DNA of 64,000 nucleotides from positions 160,001 through 224,000 of the forward strand of contig CAVUGN010000002.1 in the NCBI GenBank assembly GCA_963741095.1. Direction: 5' to 3'. The position numbers and the translations under genes were made by a program. This DNA is from an uncultured Candidatus Micrarchaeota archaeon (GTDB lineage Archaea; Micrarchaeota; Micrarchaeia; Micrarchaeales; Micrarchaeaceae). Shown here in pieces: positions 27,935 to 37,884 of this stretch; positions within the stretch are counted from its first letter, which is position 1; the number at the start of each line of letters is the position of its first letter. Under the pieces are notes generated by a model. That model did not search any database and was not told the origin of the DNA. It worked only from the letters and a program-made list of their open reading frames with translations.

Positions 27935-29362
27935 GTGATGTTGATGAGAGAAGATGCACGTGCCCTGCCAAAAAGCAAGAAACTGAAGCTCGAAGCTGTT
28001 GTAAAGGCCGTTCTCGAAGAGGTCAAACCCTCAAAAGCGGAGCTGGAGCAGACAAAGCACGCGATCAACCTGATCATGGGAAGGCTGAAGCTGGTGACTC
28101 CGAAGAACGTCGAGATACTCCTTGCGGGATCTGTCGCGCGCGGCACTCAGGTGAGAGGAAACTTTGACATAGACATCTTCCTGCTCTTCCCACGCATCAT
28201 GGAAGAGAAAGCGATGGAGAAAAAAGGGCTTGAGATAGCGAAAAAAGTGATAAAGAACAAAGACGAATCATACTCGATAAAGTACGCGGAGCATCCATAC
28301 ACCAAACTTGCCTTTGGCAATCTTGGCGTTGATGTCGAGATAGTGCCCGCATACAAGATAACGGACATAAAAGACAGGGGCACATCTGTGGATAGGACTC
28401 CTCTGCACAACGAGTTCATCGCCTCAAAGCTTTCAGAAAGGCAGAGGGACGACGTGCGGGTGCTCAAGACCTTCCTCAACGCGCACGGCATATACGGCGC
28501 GGAGGCAAGGATAGAGGGATTCTCCGGCTACCTCTGCGAGCTGTTGATCTGCCATTTCGGCTCGTTCATCAATCTGATGGGTGCCGCCGCAAGCATGAAG
28601 CTGCCCATGGCGATAGACGTGGCAAGCAAGAAGGAGTATGCAAGGAACTCTAAGGAGACCAAGGATCTCACCACCAAGTTCAACCACCAGTTTATCGTTC
28701 TGGACCCGACGGACTCGAACAGGAATGTCGCGGCCAATGTCTCTGACGAGTCCCTTTCAAGGCTGGCGATAGCATCAAGGGCGCTTCTCAAAGAACCCGG
28801 CAAGCGCACGTTCTACAGTGCCGGATACTCCGATGTGATGTCCAGAGACAAGCTTCTGAAGATCAGCAAAACCCTCGGCGTGGACGTGCACCTGATAAGC
28901 TTCAAGCTGCCGGACATGGCGGAGGACATAACCTGGCAGCAGCTTAAGAGGCTCAGTTCAAGGCTGGTCGAACTCCTCAAGGCAAACCGGTTCGAGCCGA
29001 TGCTCACGCTGCAGAACATAGAGGGCACAGACGGAATAATCGCATTCTTCATCAATCCCATAACGACAAAATCAAGGATAGTGAGAGGCCCCAGCGTTGT
29101 GATGGGCGAGGCCTACGACAAGTTCGTGGAGTCTCACAGGAACGCAACTCTCCTGTCCCTGGACAAGGAAAGGGTCTATTCCATAGAACCGGCCAGCCAC
29201 GAGACGGCTCACGCGCTCCTGCGCAGCTTCATCTCGAATCCGAAGGACCAGATGCCCTCCTATCTGAAGAGCAAGACCGCTAAGGTCTATCTCAACGAAA
29301 TTCCGGAGCAGTACGCGAAAATGCTCTACAAGGCGTACATGGAGAAGAGCATAAAATCATAG
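27935..29362 (+). CDS. cca: archaeal class I CCA-adding enzyme
   Basis: GSVARGT, DIDIF, YAEHPY, VDRTP.H, YGAE...GFSGYLCELL, DP.D..RNVAA. Confidence 0.95.
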   Translation: MMLMREDARALPKSKKLKLEAVVKAVLEEVKPSKAELEQTKHAINLIMGRLKLVTPKNVEILLAGSVARGTQVRGNFDIDIFLLFPRIMEEKAMEKKGLEIAKKVIKNKDESYSIKYAEHPYTKLAFGNLGVDVEIVPAYKITDIKDRGTSVDRTPLHNEFIASKLSERQRDDVRVLKTFLNAHGIYGAEARIEGFSGYLCELLICHFGSFINLMGAAASMKLPMAIDVASKKEYARNSKETKDLTTKFNHQFIVLDPTDSNRNVAANVSDESLSRLAIASRALLKEPGKRTFYSAGYSDVMSRDKLLKISKTLGVDVHLISFKLPDMAEDITWQQLKRLSSRLVELLKANRFEPMLTLQNIEGTDGIIAFFINPITTKSRIVRGPSVVMGEAYDKFVESHRNATLLSLDKERVYSIEPASHETAHALLRSFISNPKDQMPSYLKSKTAKVYLNEIPEQYAKMLYKAYMEKSIKS

Positions 29363-29935
29363 GCCGTACCTATTTCCCTCATCTATCAATTCGATAAGCT
29401 CATCCATCCTCTCTATCGCATCCTTTGGCGGCTCCTTTGCTCGGATGTGCCTGGAGACGTTCGAGATGTACGCAACGATCCGCTTCTTGTCCTCTGCTGT
29501 TTCGACTTCATAAGTACTTGTGCACTTTTCCCGTGAGACTATGCCGCAATAATCCGTGGCCTCTGCCACGATGTTCTCCCTGGTCTTGCCGTCCGGATAA
29601 CCCCTCTTCTCAAAACGCTTCACCAGTGTCTTGAGCTTCGCCCTCAGGACAACGGTGATGCTCTGATGCAGGTCGAGATCCGGGGCAAGATGGCCGACGA
29701 CCAGCACCACCTCCTCATCAGCTTCCTTGATCTCCGCTTTCAATGCCCGATTGAGACCTCCGATATCAACGACCTTCGAGCCATACTGGTCCCTGCTGGT
29801 GTACAACCCATCCCTGTCTACGATGTCGTTTATCTCTATTATCCTGCAGGAATCGAGTTCCTTTGAAAGCCGCTTCGCAAAGGTGCTCTTGCCAGTGCCC
29901 GGAGTGCCGGTTATTGCCACGACGAGTTTTCTCAA
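29357..29935 (-). CDS. adenylate kinase, AK6/Fap7 family
   Basis: ITGTPGTGKST, VVGH, RGY...K.REN..AE. Confidence 0.9.
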   Translation of the reverse strand: MRKLVVAITGTPGTGKSTFAKRLSKELDSCRIIEINDIVDRDGLYTSRDQYGSKVVDIGGLNRALKAEIKEADEEVVLVVGHLAPDLDLHQSITVVLRAKLKTLVKRFEKRGYPDGKTRENIVAEATDYCGIVSREKCTSTYEVETAEDKKRIVAYISNVSRHIRAKEPPKDAIERMDELIELIDEGNRYGL

Positions 29936-29940
29936 GGTAA

Positions 29941-30540
29941 CTACAACCCCTTTATGAAGCTAGAAGCGGACAGGAGCAGCGCGTCGATCTCTATCCTGCT
30001 CGACTCGAGCATGAGGTACGGGCTGTCGGGCACGAAAACATTGAGCACATAGTCCTTGTTGCCGCTGAAAAGCCAGCTCCCGAACTTGTAATCCTTGTAA
30101 GTAGTGCTTAGATCCGCCACCATCAGGGAAGAGGCAACGAGCTTCTCCACCAGGGCGTTCACACTGCCGTCGACGCTGTCTATGTAGATGGTCTTCTCCT
30201 TTGTGGGATCCCTATTCACCGTCAATGGCTTTATGACCGGTACATTGCTCTGCTTCGCGTTCATCGTTATGCTCCTGGTCAGTTGGCCGGTGACCGAATC
30301 GGCCTTGGCGGCCTGGTCCTCAAGATCCTTCTGCTCGGCCGTAAGCGCCGCCGCCTTCCCATCCAGGTACTTGTCGACGTCCTCCTTCATGTTTGCGATG
30401 GTTATCTGCACGTTCGGCTGCATCGCGTACTTCGAAGGATCGGTTAGCAAGGCCCTCAAAGAGAATTTGTACTTGCTTCCGAACTGCTTGTCAATTCCCG
30501 TTATCAGCAAATCGCTATAATCGCTCCACAAATCAGCCAT
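29941..30540 (-). CDS. hypothetical protein
   Basis: ORF co-oriented and tightly coupled with the AK6 gene; host-like codon usage. Confidence 0.75.
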   Translation of the reverse strand: MADLWSDYSDLLITGIDKQFGSKYKFSLRALLTDPSKYAMQPNVQITIANMKEDVDKYLDGKAAALTAEQKDLEDQAAKADSVTGQLTRSITMNAKQSNVPVIKPLTVNRDPTKEKTIYIDSVDGSVNALVEKLVASSLMVADLSTTYKDYKFGSWLFSGNKDYVLNVFVPDSPYLMLESSRIEIDALLLSASSFIKGL

Positions 30541-30591
30541 CAACACACCAATATTAATTTTTACATCAAGTATAAATCAGTATGTGATTTG

Positions 30592-30834
30592 ATGGGCGAG
30601 AGCGGCGACGGCAAAACGAGGGAGAGGATAGCAAAGGACATAGCACAGTTCCACGAGAGCGTCAAGACCGTCAAAATCCAGCCCCAATACGCCCGCGTCA
30701 TAGAGCTGGCCAAGATGTACGCCAGCGACGCTCAGAGCTATTTGGACAAGGGGGATCTCTACACCGCTTTTTCCTGCATAAGCTACGCCCACGGTCTGAT
30801 AGACGCGATCAAGGGTTTCGAGGGGGTGCAATAA
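30592..30834 (+). CDS. DUF357 domain protein
   Basis: A..Y.SDA..YL.KGD...AF..ISYAHG.ID. Confidence 0.9.
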   Translation: MGESGDGKTRERIAKDIAQFHESVKTVKIQPQYARVIELAKMYASDAQSYLDKGDLYTAFSCISYAHGLIDAIKGFEGVQ

Positions 30835-31926
30835 ATGTACTTGGAGGGCAAGGCGAAGATAAAGTACACCGACGACGCGTTCCTCAACCCTGACGGGACA
30901 CTGTCAAGAGACTTCAGCGTGGCGTTCATAAACGCAGTCCTGCCGGGAAAGTCGAAGGCGCTGGATTCGACCGCAGCCACGGGCATACGAGGCATCCGGT
31001 ACTGCCAAGAGACGAAGGCGAAGGACGAGACCTTCCTCGACATAAACGAGAAGGCATTCGATTCCCTGAAGAAGAACATCAAATTCAACAAGCTCAAGGC
31101 AAATGCGTACAACACGAGCATACAGGAATTCGCGAACACCACCAAGGACAGGTTCGACCTGATAGACCTCGACCCATTCGGCGGGATAACGCCGTACATA
31201 TACGATCTCCTGAAGGTCGCCAAGAGCGGCACCTACCTTCTGGCAACCGGCACCGACACCGCGGTTCTCTGCGGCGCGGAGCGCAAGGCTTGCATAAGAC
31301 TGTACGACTCGGTGCCGATGCACAACGAGCTCTGCCACGAGACGGGCATAAGGATACTGATAGGCTACATAGCAAGGACGGCCGCGCAGTTCAACATGGG
31401 GATAGACGTGCTGATGTCCCTGTCGTACCTGCACTACATGCGCGTCTTCATCCGGCTAAATTCGGGCTTCAAGAGCGCCGAAGGCTCGGTGGGCAGGATG
31501 GGCTACGCCTACCACTGCCAAAAATGCGGCAACACCTTCTGCAAGGCCGGCCAACTGCCGGAATCCTCGTGTCCGTCATGCTCCAGCAAACTCGATGTTG
31601 CGGGCAAGCTTTGGGTAGGCCCCCTCCATGACAAGGCTGTTGTAAGCTCGGTCAGCAAATACCTGTCCAAGCACAAGGCGCCCAGAAACGAGCTCAAACT
31701 GATAACGACCATAGGAGAGGAGCTTGACATGCCCCTGTACTACTCGATCCCGCGCCTGACCATGAAGCTCGGCATAGGCTCGGTTAGCCCCGATCTAGTG
31801 ATGGAGGCGCTGAAGGAAAAGGGCTTCCAGGTGTCAAAGACACACATGAGGGATTCGTGCCTAAAGACCGATGCCGCTGTGGAGGAGGTGGAGGGCGTCA
31901 TAATGCAATTGTGGAAGCGAAGGTAG
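30835..31926 (+). CDS. trm1: tRNA (guanine26-N2)-dimethyltransferase
   Basis: F.NP....SRD, ATGIRGIRY, DLIDLDPFG, TDTAVLCG, HETGIRIL, zinc-ribbon cysteines. Confidence 0.93.
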   Translation: MYLEGKAKIKYTDDAFLNPDGTLSRDFSVAFINAVLPGKSKALDSTAATGIRGIRYCQETKAKDETFLDINEKAFDSLKKNIKFNKLKANAYNTSIQEFANTTKDRFDLIDLDPFGGITPYIYDLLKVAKSGTYLLATGTDTAVLCGAERKACIRLYDSVPMHNELCHETGIRILIGYIARTAAQFNMGIDVLMSLSYLHYMRVFIRLNSGFKSAEGSVGRMGYAYHCQKCGNTFCKAGQLPESSCPSCSSKLDVAGKLWVGPLHDKAVVSSVSKYLSKHKAPRNELKLITTIGEELDMPLYYSIPRLTMKLGIGSVSPDLVMEALKEKGFQVSKTHMRDSCLKTDAAVEEVEGVIMQLWKRR

Positions 31927-32071
31927 TCTTTCCCCTCTCTGCAAAACTCCGCAAAAAGCTCGCTCACTTCCGCTTCTCAAGCCAAATTGCAAAGGGCTAA
32001 ATATTATCAAAATCGAAATATTACTGTTAAGCGGGGTGGGCGTGCTGAAGTCAGTACGTCTGGGTGGGTTA

Positions 32072-32377
32072 ATGAAAAATGAAATACAGGGGGTGGACTG
32101 TAACCGATGCAAAACGCAGGAGCGCGAGCCGCGCACGGCAGACAATTTCTGCTATGCGTGCAGAAGGACCTTGGCGGGCAGCGACATAAAATTTGTCATG
32201 CCATCAAGGGTGCTTGGCGCCAGGGAGCTGCCGCAGCATAAGAGGCTGATGTGCACGCAATGCTACAAGAGGTACGCGACAAGAAGCCGGAACAGGGCAA
32301 GCGCCTTTGTGCACATGAGCGCGCACAGGCTGAGCGCGGTACGCAACAGCTTCCTGATACAGGGTGTGCGACTCTAG
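32072..32377 (+). CDS. small zinc-finger-like hypothetical protein
   Basis: three CxxC pairs (CNRC, CYAC, CTQC); GGTGG upstream of the ATG. Confidence 0.65.
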   Translation: MKNEIQGVDCNRCKTQEREPRTADNFCYACRRTLAGSDIKFVMPSRVLGARELPQHKRLMCTQCYKRYATRSRNRASAFVHMSAHRLSAVRNSFLIQGVRL

Positions 32378-32475
32378 CCGCGATGCATCCTTAAACAAGC
32401 AGGGCTAGCTACCGCAATGTGTTAGTCATAGGTGCAAGCCGAGGCCGTAACGCTCGTGCAAGCAAAAAGAAGGAA

Positions 32476-33129
32476 TCACTTCCTTGCCTTTACCGATATC
32501 ATGTGGTACTCGTTCTCGTAGCCCAGGGCGGTCTTGAAGACCTGCGGCTCCATAGCTATGGTGCTGTCCGAGTACGGGTCGTTTATGTAGAAGGTGTCCT
32601 TGTCGTAGCCCTTGACCACAACCCAGTGCGGCGAAGGCTCCAGATAAGGATTTAGCATGCTTGCATTCACAAGGACTATCGGTATGTTGTTCGAGTTGAT
32701 CTGCTTCTTTATCATGTTTATGGTGGTGACCGCGTTGGTCTCCTTTATCTTCAGCGCCTTGACCTTATCCCTTATCTCCTTGAAAGAGGAAGAAAGGGTC
32801 TCAAGGTTTATGCCCTCGTAGACCGCGAGCTTCTTCTCGTAGCCCTCGTCCTTGGCGTTGCTTATTATCTGCGTCTTTGCTCCCCTCTTCGCGAGCGCGT
32901 AGGCCAATCCGTACCTGGAGCCGTGCCAGACGCTTCCGTTGACCGCCTCCTGCCATATCGAGAACTCGGTCTCCTTCTTCATCTGCATGCCCTTGTTCAG
33001 GTACTTGAGGGTCATCATTGCGCATGCTGCAGAGCTTGTGAATTCCTCCGTCTGAGCGTAATTGGGAACATCGAATATCTTCGATTCTCTGAATTTTGGT
33101 CTGCTGCTCTTGTTGTTCTTTGCCTTCAT
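32476..33129 (-). CDS. peptidase C39-like family protein (catalytic Cys replaced by Ser)
   Basis: Y.QT..FTSSAACAMM, E..IW.EA, GLA.AL..RG, PHWVVV.GYD, YINDP. Confidence 0.8.
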   Translation of the reverse strand: MKAKNNKSSRPKFRESKIFDVPNYAQTEEFTSSAACAMMTLKYLNKGMQMKKETEFSIWQEAVNGSVWHGSRYGLAYALAKRGAKTQIISNAKDEGYEKKLAVYEGINLETLSSSFKEIRDKVKALKIKETNAVTTINMIKKQINSNNIPIVLVNASMLNPYLEPSPHWVVVKGYDKDTFYINDPYSDSTIAMEPQVFKTALGYENEYHMISVKARK

Positions 33130-33157
33130 GTGATCACTTCTGCGTTCTTCACTTATG

Positions 33158-33254
33158 TGCAGGGAGGGAGATTTGTTCGTTGTTTTGAACTCCCGTAGGC
33201 CTAAGCCAACAGATTTTGAGTCTGTCGCGTTTGACCAAGCTCCGCCATCCCTGC
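33158..33254 (-). tRNA. tRNA-Leu(CAA) with 12-nt non-canonical intron at 58/59 (33173-33184)
   Basis: GCAGGGA/TCCCTGC acceptor stem, ACAGA/TCTGT stem, CT-CAA-AA loop, variable arm; GTTC/GAAC helix with AAA bulges in the T-loop. Confidence 0.92.
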
Positions 33255-33413
33255 ATACCTCTACTTTCTACATACGTTTTAATAAATACGTGAGCATTGC
33301 GGGGTCGTATGCCGCATTCACTCTAGGACTTAGGCGTCTGAGATATATATACCTTCTTAGAGGAATTCCGATAGGTTTAAAAACCTTCTCCCAGGGTACG
33401 CCTTTTCACGTAC

Positions 33414-34544
33414 CTACATCCTGCTTACTTTTCTTACCAACGGGTCGAACGCCTTGAAGAACGAGTTCCAGGAATACCTCGATATCACCCTGCTCCTGCC
33501 CGCCCTGCCCATGTCTTCGGCAAGCGGGCCATGCTCGGTTATGAACTGCATCTTCTTTGCCATCTCATCCACCGAGTTGACCAGGAAGCCGGTCTTGCCG
33601 TCCAGTACGGTCTCCTTCGGGCCGCCTTCATTCACTGATATGACTGGCTTCGAGCTTGCCATGCCCTCAAGAGGCGCAAGGCCGAAATCCTCGTTTATCG
33701 CGCTGAAAAGCACCGCGGTCGAATCAGAATACAGCTTCACGATCTCGTCGTCGCTCGGATTGGGCCTGAAAACGACATTCTTGACGCTCATGGCCTTCAG
33801 TTTTTCATAATACTTCTCGAAATCCGGGTACCTCTTGGACACTGAACCCGCTATCACCAGTTTGTAATCGCTGTTCGTGGCCTTGACAAACTTTTCGAAT
33901 GCGTTTATCACGTACTCCTGCCTCTTCTGTGGCGACACCCGCGAAGGATAAAAGAAATACTTTCCGTCTCCGGTGTTCGTGAATCTCTCATAATCCACAC
34001 CCGGGCTTATTACCTCGCCGCCCCTCGACAGGTACTTGATCAGCCTCTTGTTCGTGTTCTCGCTGTTTGTGGCTATCGCCTCCATCTTCTTTACTATCCT
34101 CTTCTCTTCGATCTCGTACGCCTTGGAAAAGACGCCGTACAGCAGGGCCTCGGTAGCGGATTTTTCCCTTGCCTTGGTGGACCTCAGATCGTAGACCTCC
34201 CTTGGCGGGGTGTGGCAATACCACAGCACTCGCTTGTTCTTGTTCCTTATCCACTCGCTGGGAGAGGCGTGAGCGTTTATAACGTCGTAATCCTCGGTTA
34301 TCTTGGCGTTGTAGAATCCGAAGGCGTAGTATACTGCGTTGGATATCCTCCCGGGCAGCATCGCGTTGACCTTGGGCTTCTTGCCGATCACATCGATGTC
34401 GAGTTTTTCAAACTCCTCAAAGGTGGCATTCTTGTCGTATCCCAAAGTGTATATCTTTGCGTCATAGCGCTGCGCTATCTTCAGTATCACGCGCTCTGCG
34501 CCGCCTCTTTCGTTGAGGTTGTGCTGGGCTATTATCATCTTCAT
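33414..34544 (-). CDS. glycosyltransferase family 4
   Basis: GGAERV, WYCHTP, EDFGLAPLEGMA..KPVI, GGP.ETV. Confidence 0.92.
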   Translation of the reverse strand: MKMIIAQHNLNERGGAERVILKIAQRYDAKIYTLGYDKNATFEEFEKLDIDVIGKKPKVNAMLPGRISNAVYYAFGFYNAKITEDYDVINAHASPSEWIRNKNKRVLWYCHTPPREVYDLRSTKAREKSATEALLYGVFSKAYEIEEKRIVKKMEAIATNSENTNKRLIKYLSRGGEVISPGVDYERFTNTGDGKYFFYPSRVSPQKRQEYVINAFEKFVKATNSDYKLVIAGSVSKRYPDFEKYYEKLKAMSVKNVVFRPNPSDDEIVKLYSDSTAVLFSAINEDFGLAPLEGMASSKPVISVNEGGPKETVLDGKTGFLVNSVDEMAKKMQFITEHGPLAEDMGRAGRSRVISRYSWNSFFKAFDPLVRKVSRM

Positions 34545-34545
34545 T

Positions 34546-36060
34546 CTATCGCGCCAGGTCGAAAAACTTCATTATCATCGGCTTCACGCTGTAGACATCA
34601 GTATCCTTATCATCATGCGCGTCCTTGCCAAGATCATAGTTGTTTGCTATGACGCCGAATATCCCGTTCATGGTGTGGTCGCCGCTCTTGGCCTGCTCCG
34701 GCTCCATGAACGCCTTCGTGACCGAGTAGTTCTTGACATCGATCATGTAGCCGTCCCTCACCGCAAGCAGCAGGTCAGGCGCAATGAAATGCTTCGTTCC
34801 TTTATAATACTCGTCGCCGTCGTATATCGCCGTGATGAGCTTCTCTCCTTCGGCATCTTTCAGCGTCTCCAGCCCGTCTATTATCTCCTTCTTCAGCCTC
34901 TCCTTATCCTTCTTCTGCACGGTCGGCTTGGAGAATCTGTCGTCGTTTATCCATATCATGCCGACGGGGTCGTTGGACACCGATGTGAATGCAACGGTCT
35001 TGCCCATCTCGAAGTCGAAATCGTGGATCCTTGTGTACTCCCCTCCTGAAGCCGAGGCAAATGCGCTTCCCATGAACTTGCCCGTGAGCCTCTTCGCGGA
35101 TGCCGGCAGCTTGTCGTACACTATCTTCCTCGCGTTGTTCTTCAGCATCATCTCCCTCAGTTTGTACTTCGCGCTGCCCTTTGCCTTGCCATCCTGTGGC
35201 GGGTTCTTGTACTGCTCCATTATCTCGGGCTTCAGCGTCGCGTAACCGCTGTTCACAAGCCATGCGTTGAGCAGGAATTTCAGGTGAATGGGCTGCGCAC
35301 CATGGTCGGACACCAGCATTATCAGCGATTGCTCGTTCTTGCGCTTAGTGTAATCCATAACCCACTCAAGGAAATCTGATATGCCCTTGTAGACCGGCGC
35401 CGTGCAGCTCTCCCAGTACGGTTTGTTTAGCGAATAGTGCTGAATCCTGTCTGTCTCGGTGAAGCAAACGAACACGATGTCATAATCGTTGCTCTCTATC
35501 AGTTTCTTGCTCATCTCCGATCTGCTCTCCGTGCTCGCAACGTACCTGCGCGAAGCCTCATCCGGCAGGATCTTCCCATCCTGCAGCTCCTTCTCGATCG
35601 AAGGCTCGCCCTCAAATCCTGCCTTTCTTGCCGCATCCTCGAGCGCCTTGGAGCTGAATCTCGGAGGCAGCGGCCATCCGGTCACCATGTCGACATTCCT
35701 GTTGTTGCTGATCTTCAGCACGTCCGGCGGCGTGACTATCAGCGATTTCAATCCTCTTCCAGCAGCGATGTCCCAGAAGGTCCGGTTCGCCTCAGCATCA
35801 AAATAGAGCAGCTGCTTTGTGTACTCCTTGTCGATGCAGAAGAAGTCCATGACACCGTGCTCCCCGGGTTCGAGGCCGGTGTAGATGCTGGGCCATGCGA
35901 CCGGCGTGAGCGGAGGGAGAGTCGATTTCATGTTCTTAAGAACTCCGTTCTCGAAGAACGCGCCGAAGCCGTCCATTCCATGCTTCCTGTAGAGGTCCTT
36001 TATTATCCACAAGGGCGCGGAGTCTATGCCTATCAGATAAAGTTTCTTTTTGCCAGCCAT
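34546..36060 (-). CDS. alkaline phosphatase superfamily (nucleotide pyrophosphatase/phosphodiesterase-like) protein
   Basis: LIGID, STLPPLTPVAWPSIYTG..PGEHG, DRIQH, VSDHG, SGDH. Confidence 0.88.
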   Translation of the reverse strand: MAGKKKLYLIGIDSAPLWIIKDLYRKHGMDGFGAFFENGVLKNMKSTLPPLTPVAWPSIYTGLEPGEHGVMDFFCIDKEYTKQLLYFDAEANRTFWDIAAGRGLKSLIVTPPDVLKISNNRNVDMVTGWPLPPRFSSKALEDAARKAGFEGEPSIEKELQDGKILPDEASRRYVASTESRSEMSKKLIESNDYDIVFVCFTETDRIQHYSLNKPYWESCTAPVYKGISDFLEWVMDYTKRKNEQSLIMLVSDHGAQPIHLKFLLNAWLVNSGYATLKPEIMEQYKNPPQDGKAKGSAKYKLREMMLKNNARKIVYDKLPASAKRLTGKFMGSAFASASGGEYTRIHDFDFEMGKTVAFTSVSNDPVGMIWINDDRFSKPTVQKKDKERLKKEIIDGLETLKDAEGEKLITAIYDGDEYYKGTKHFIAPDLLLAVRDGYMIDVKNYSVTKAFMEPEQAKSGDHTMNGIFGVIANNYDLGKDAHDDKDTDVYSVKPMIMKFFDLAR

Positions 36061-36088
36061 AAAACTCAACACCGAATTAATACAGCCT

Positions 36089-37144
36089 TCACTTTAACAT
36101 TTCAAGTATGCCTTCTCTTTCTTGTGCAAATCTGTTCCGTATGGGCGCCATTATGTCTATCAGCGCACCAGCGGCAGCATTCTTTAGATCTACTGGATGC
36201 AGCTTTTTGGCTTCAAAATCTTTTGAAATTTCTGTGTAATTTGTGTATTCGATGTTCCCACCGTACTCTTTCTTCCTCTCCACCGTCAACTTGCCGTTCG
36301 TCGGCAGTATCATGTGCTTGCAAAGGAACATCACGGGGTTGCCTTCTGTTATGCCCATCGGGCACCACGCGTTCTTCATCGCTGCTTTCACCTCCTCTTC
36401 AGTTGCAAGTATCGATATAAAAGAGCCTGGCCGTGACTTGCTCATCTTGTTCGCCGCTACCTGCTCCTCTTTTGACATGCTTTCCGTGATTTTCGGCGGT
36501 TCGAGCAGCGAAGGCACAAGATAATGGTGCAGTGGCACGATGGTCTTCATCTTCATTTCCTTGAATATCTCCTTCGCGAAGACGTGGACCTTCCTCTGGT
36601 CCATGCCCGCATGCGGGAAATCTGCATCCAACGCCCATATGTCTGCAGTCTGCATTATCGGATATATGTACTGCGAGATGTGTAGTGCGTCCTTTTCGCT
36701 CCTACCTTCTATTACAAGCATGCGTGTCGCCCTTGCCACCGTAGCGCGTCTGGCTATTTGTATCATCAGTTTCCAGTATTCGTCATTGCCTTTGTAAAGA
36801 TCCGAACCCAGGACAACTTTCGTGTTCGGGCAGAATGTGTTGAACACCTTTTGGTAGAATTCTGAGACCTTTTTTATCTTTTCCCAGTCGCCTCCAAGCT
36901 TATTGTTGGCCATCGTGTGCCAGTCGGCGAGAAGCACCTGCGTCTCTATGCCCGCCTTGTGGAAATCATTTATCTTCTTGCCGCCCATGAGCAGGTGACC
37001 TATGTGAAGCATGCCGCTTATTTCCAAGCCTATGTAATGTTTCGGCCTGGAGTTCGTCTCCAGTACATTGCGCAGCTCCACGTCCGTTATGACCTCTTCC
37101 AACGGCTCAGACTTAATCAAGTCGAGCCGGGTTTCAATATCCAT
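36089..37144 (-). CDS. tyrS: tyrosine--tRNA ligase
   Basis: YIGLEISG.LHIGH, LADWH, YPIMQ, GMDQRKVH, KMSKS. Confidence 0.96.
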   Translation of the reverse strand: MDIETRLDLIKSEPLEEVITDVELRNVLETNSRPKHYIGLEISGMLHIGHLLMGGKKINDFHKAGIETQVLLADWHTMANNKLGGDWEKIKKVSEFYQKVFNTFCPNTKVVLGSDLYKGNDEYWKLMIQIARRATVARATRMLVIEGRSEKDALHISQYIYPIMQTADIWALDADFPHAGMDQRKVHVFAKEIFKEMKMKTIVPLHHYLVPSLLEPPKITESMSKEEQVAANKMSKSRPGSFISILATEEEVKAAMKNAWCPMGITEGNPVMFLCKHMILPTNGKLTVERKKEYGGNIEYTNYTEISKDFEAKKLHPVDLKNAAAGALIDIMAPIRNRFAQEREGILEMLK

Positions 37145-37205
37145 ACCACTAACCTTGGATTGTTACTAATTTAAACCTAGATGGTGTAAACCAAAAGGTG
37201 GAAGC

Positions 37206-37868
37206 ATGCCACGTTCAAGGTCCCAAAAAAATATGCTTCATCCACGCGAAGTTGTTCTGGCAGCTATAGAATATTTGATACTACTTGCGCTGGTTGCTGC
37301 ACCACTTTTTCTGTTGCAGGTCTATACTTCACGCTTCACCGGATATGTTACCTCAACAGAGAATCTCAGCTTCACGCCTCCTTACATCACAGGCTTGGCA
37401 ATCAATTATTTAGGCGCCATTCTGCCGCTGCTCATATCCATACCTCTTGTGGTATACATAAGACGCAAAGTTCATGTCTTGTCCGAAGGACGTTTCAAGA
37501 ATCTGACGATTATATTCTTGATACTGTATGTGATTGTTGGCATAATGTCCATCAAATTTCCCCTAACAATATCGATATCAACTGGCAGTGGGCTGCTCCC
37601 ACTCGAATTCGTAGCTGGATTGTACCTCTTCTGCATCTCTTTACTGGATTCGCACGAACCAAAACTTATAGTTCCAATTGCGTATGCTGTAGGTGCAGTC
37701 ACGAGTGTTTTGAGCGATCTGATACTGTACGCATCTACAGCTCCAATCAATGGAATGGTCTTGATAGTCGGCGGGTACGGTCTTCTAGATGGGGATTTTA
37801 TAATGCCGATAGTCTTCATGTTAGCGAGTCTTTTATTGATGAAAATCCTAAAAAAGCAGAAGACCTGA
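37206..37868 (+). CDS. polytopic membrane protein (DUF1614-like)
   Basis: LAINYLGAILPLLIS and VGGYGLLDGDF resemble DUF1614 motifs; AT-richer codon usage. Confidence 0.6.
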   Translation: MPRSRSQKNMLHPREVVLAAIEYLILLALVAAPLFLLQVYTSRFTGYVTSTENLSFTPPYITGLAINYLGAILPLLISIPLVVYIRRKVHVLSEGRFKNLTIIFLILYVIVGIMSIKFPLTISISTGSGLLPLEFVAGLYLFCISLLDSHEPKLIVPIAYAVGAVTSVLSDLILYASTAPINGMVLIVGGYGLLDGDFIMPIVFMLASLLLMKILKKQKT

Positions 37869-37884
37869 TGCTATTATCAACCGG

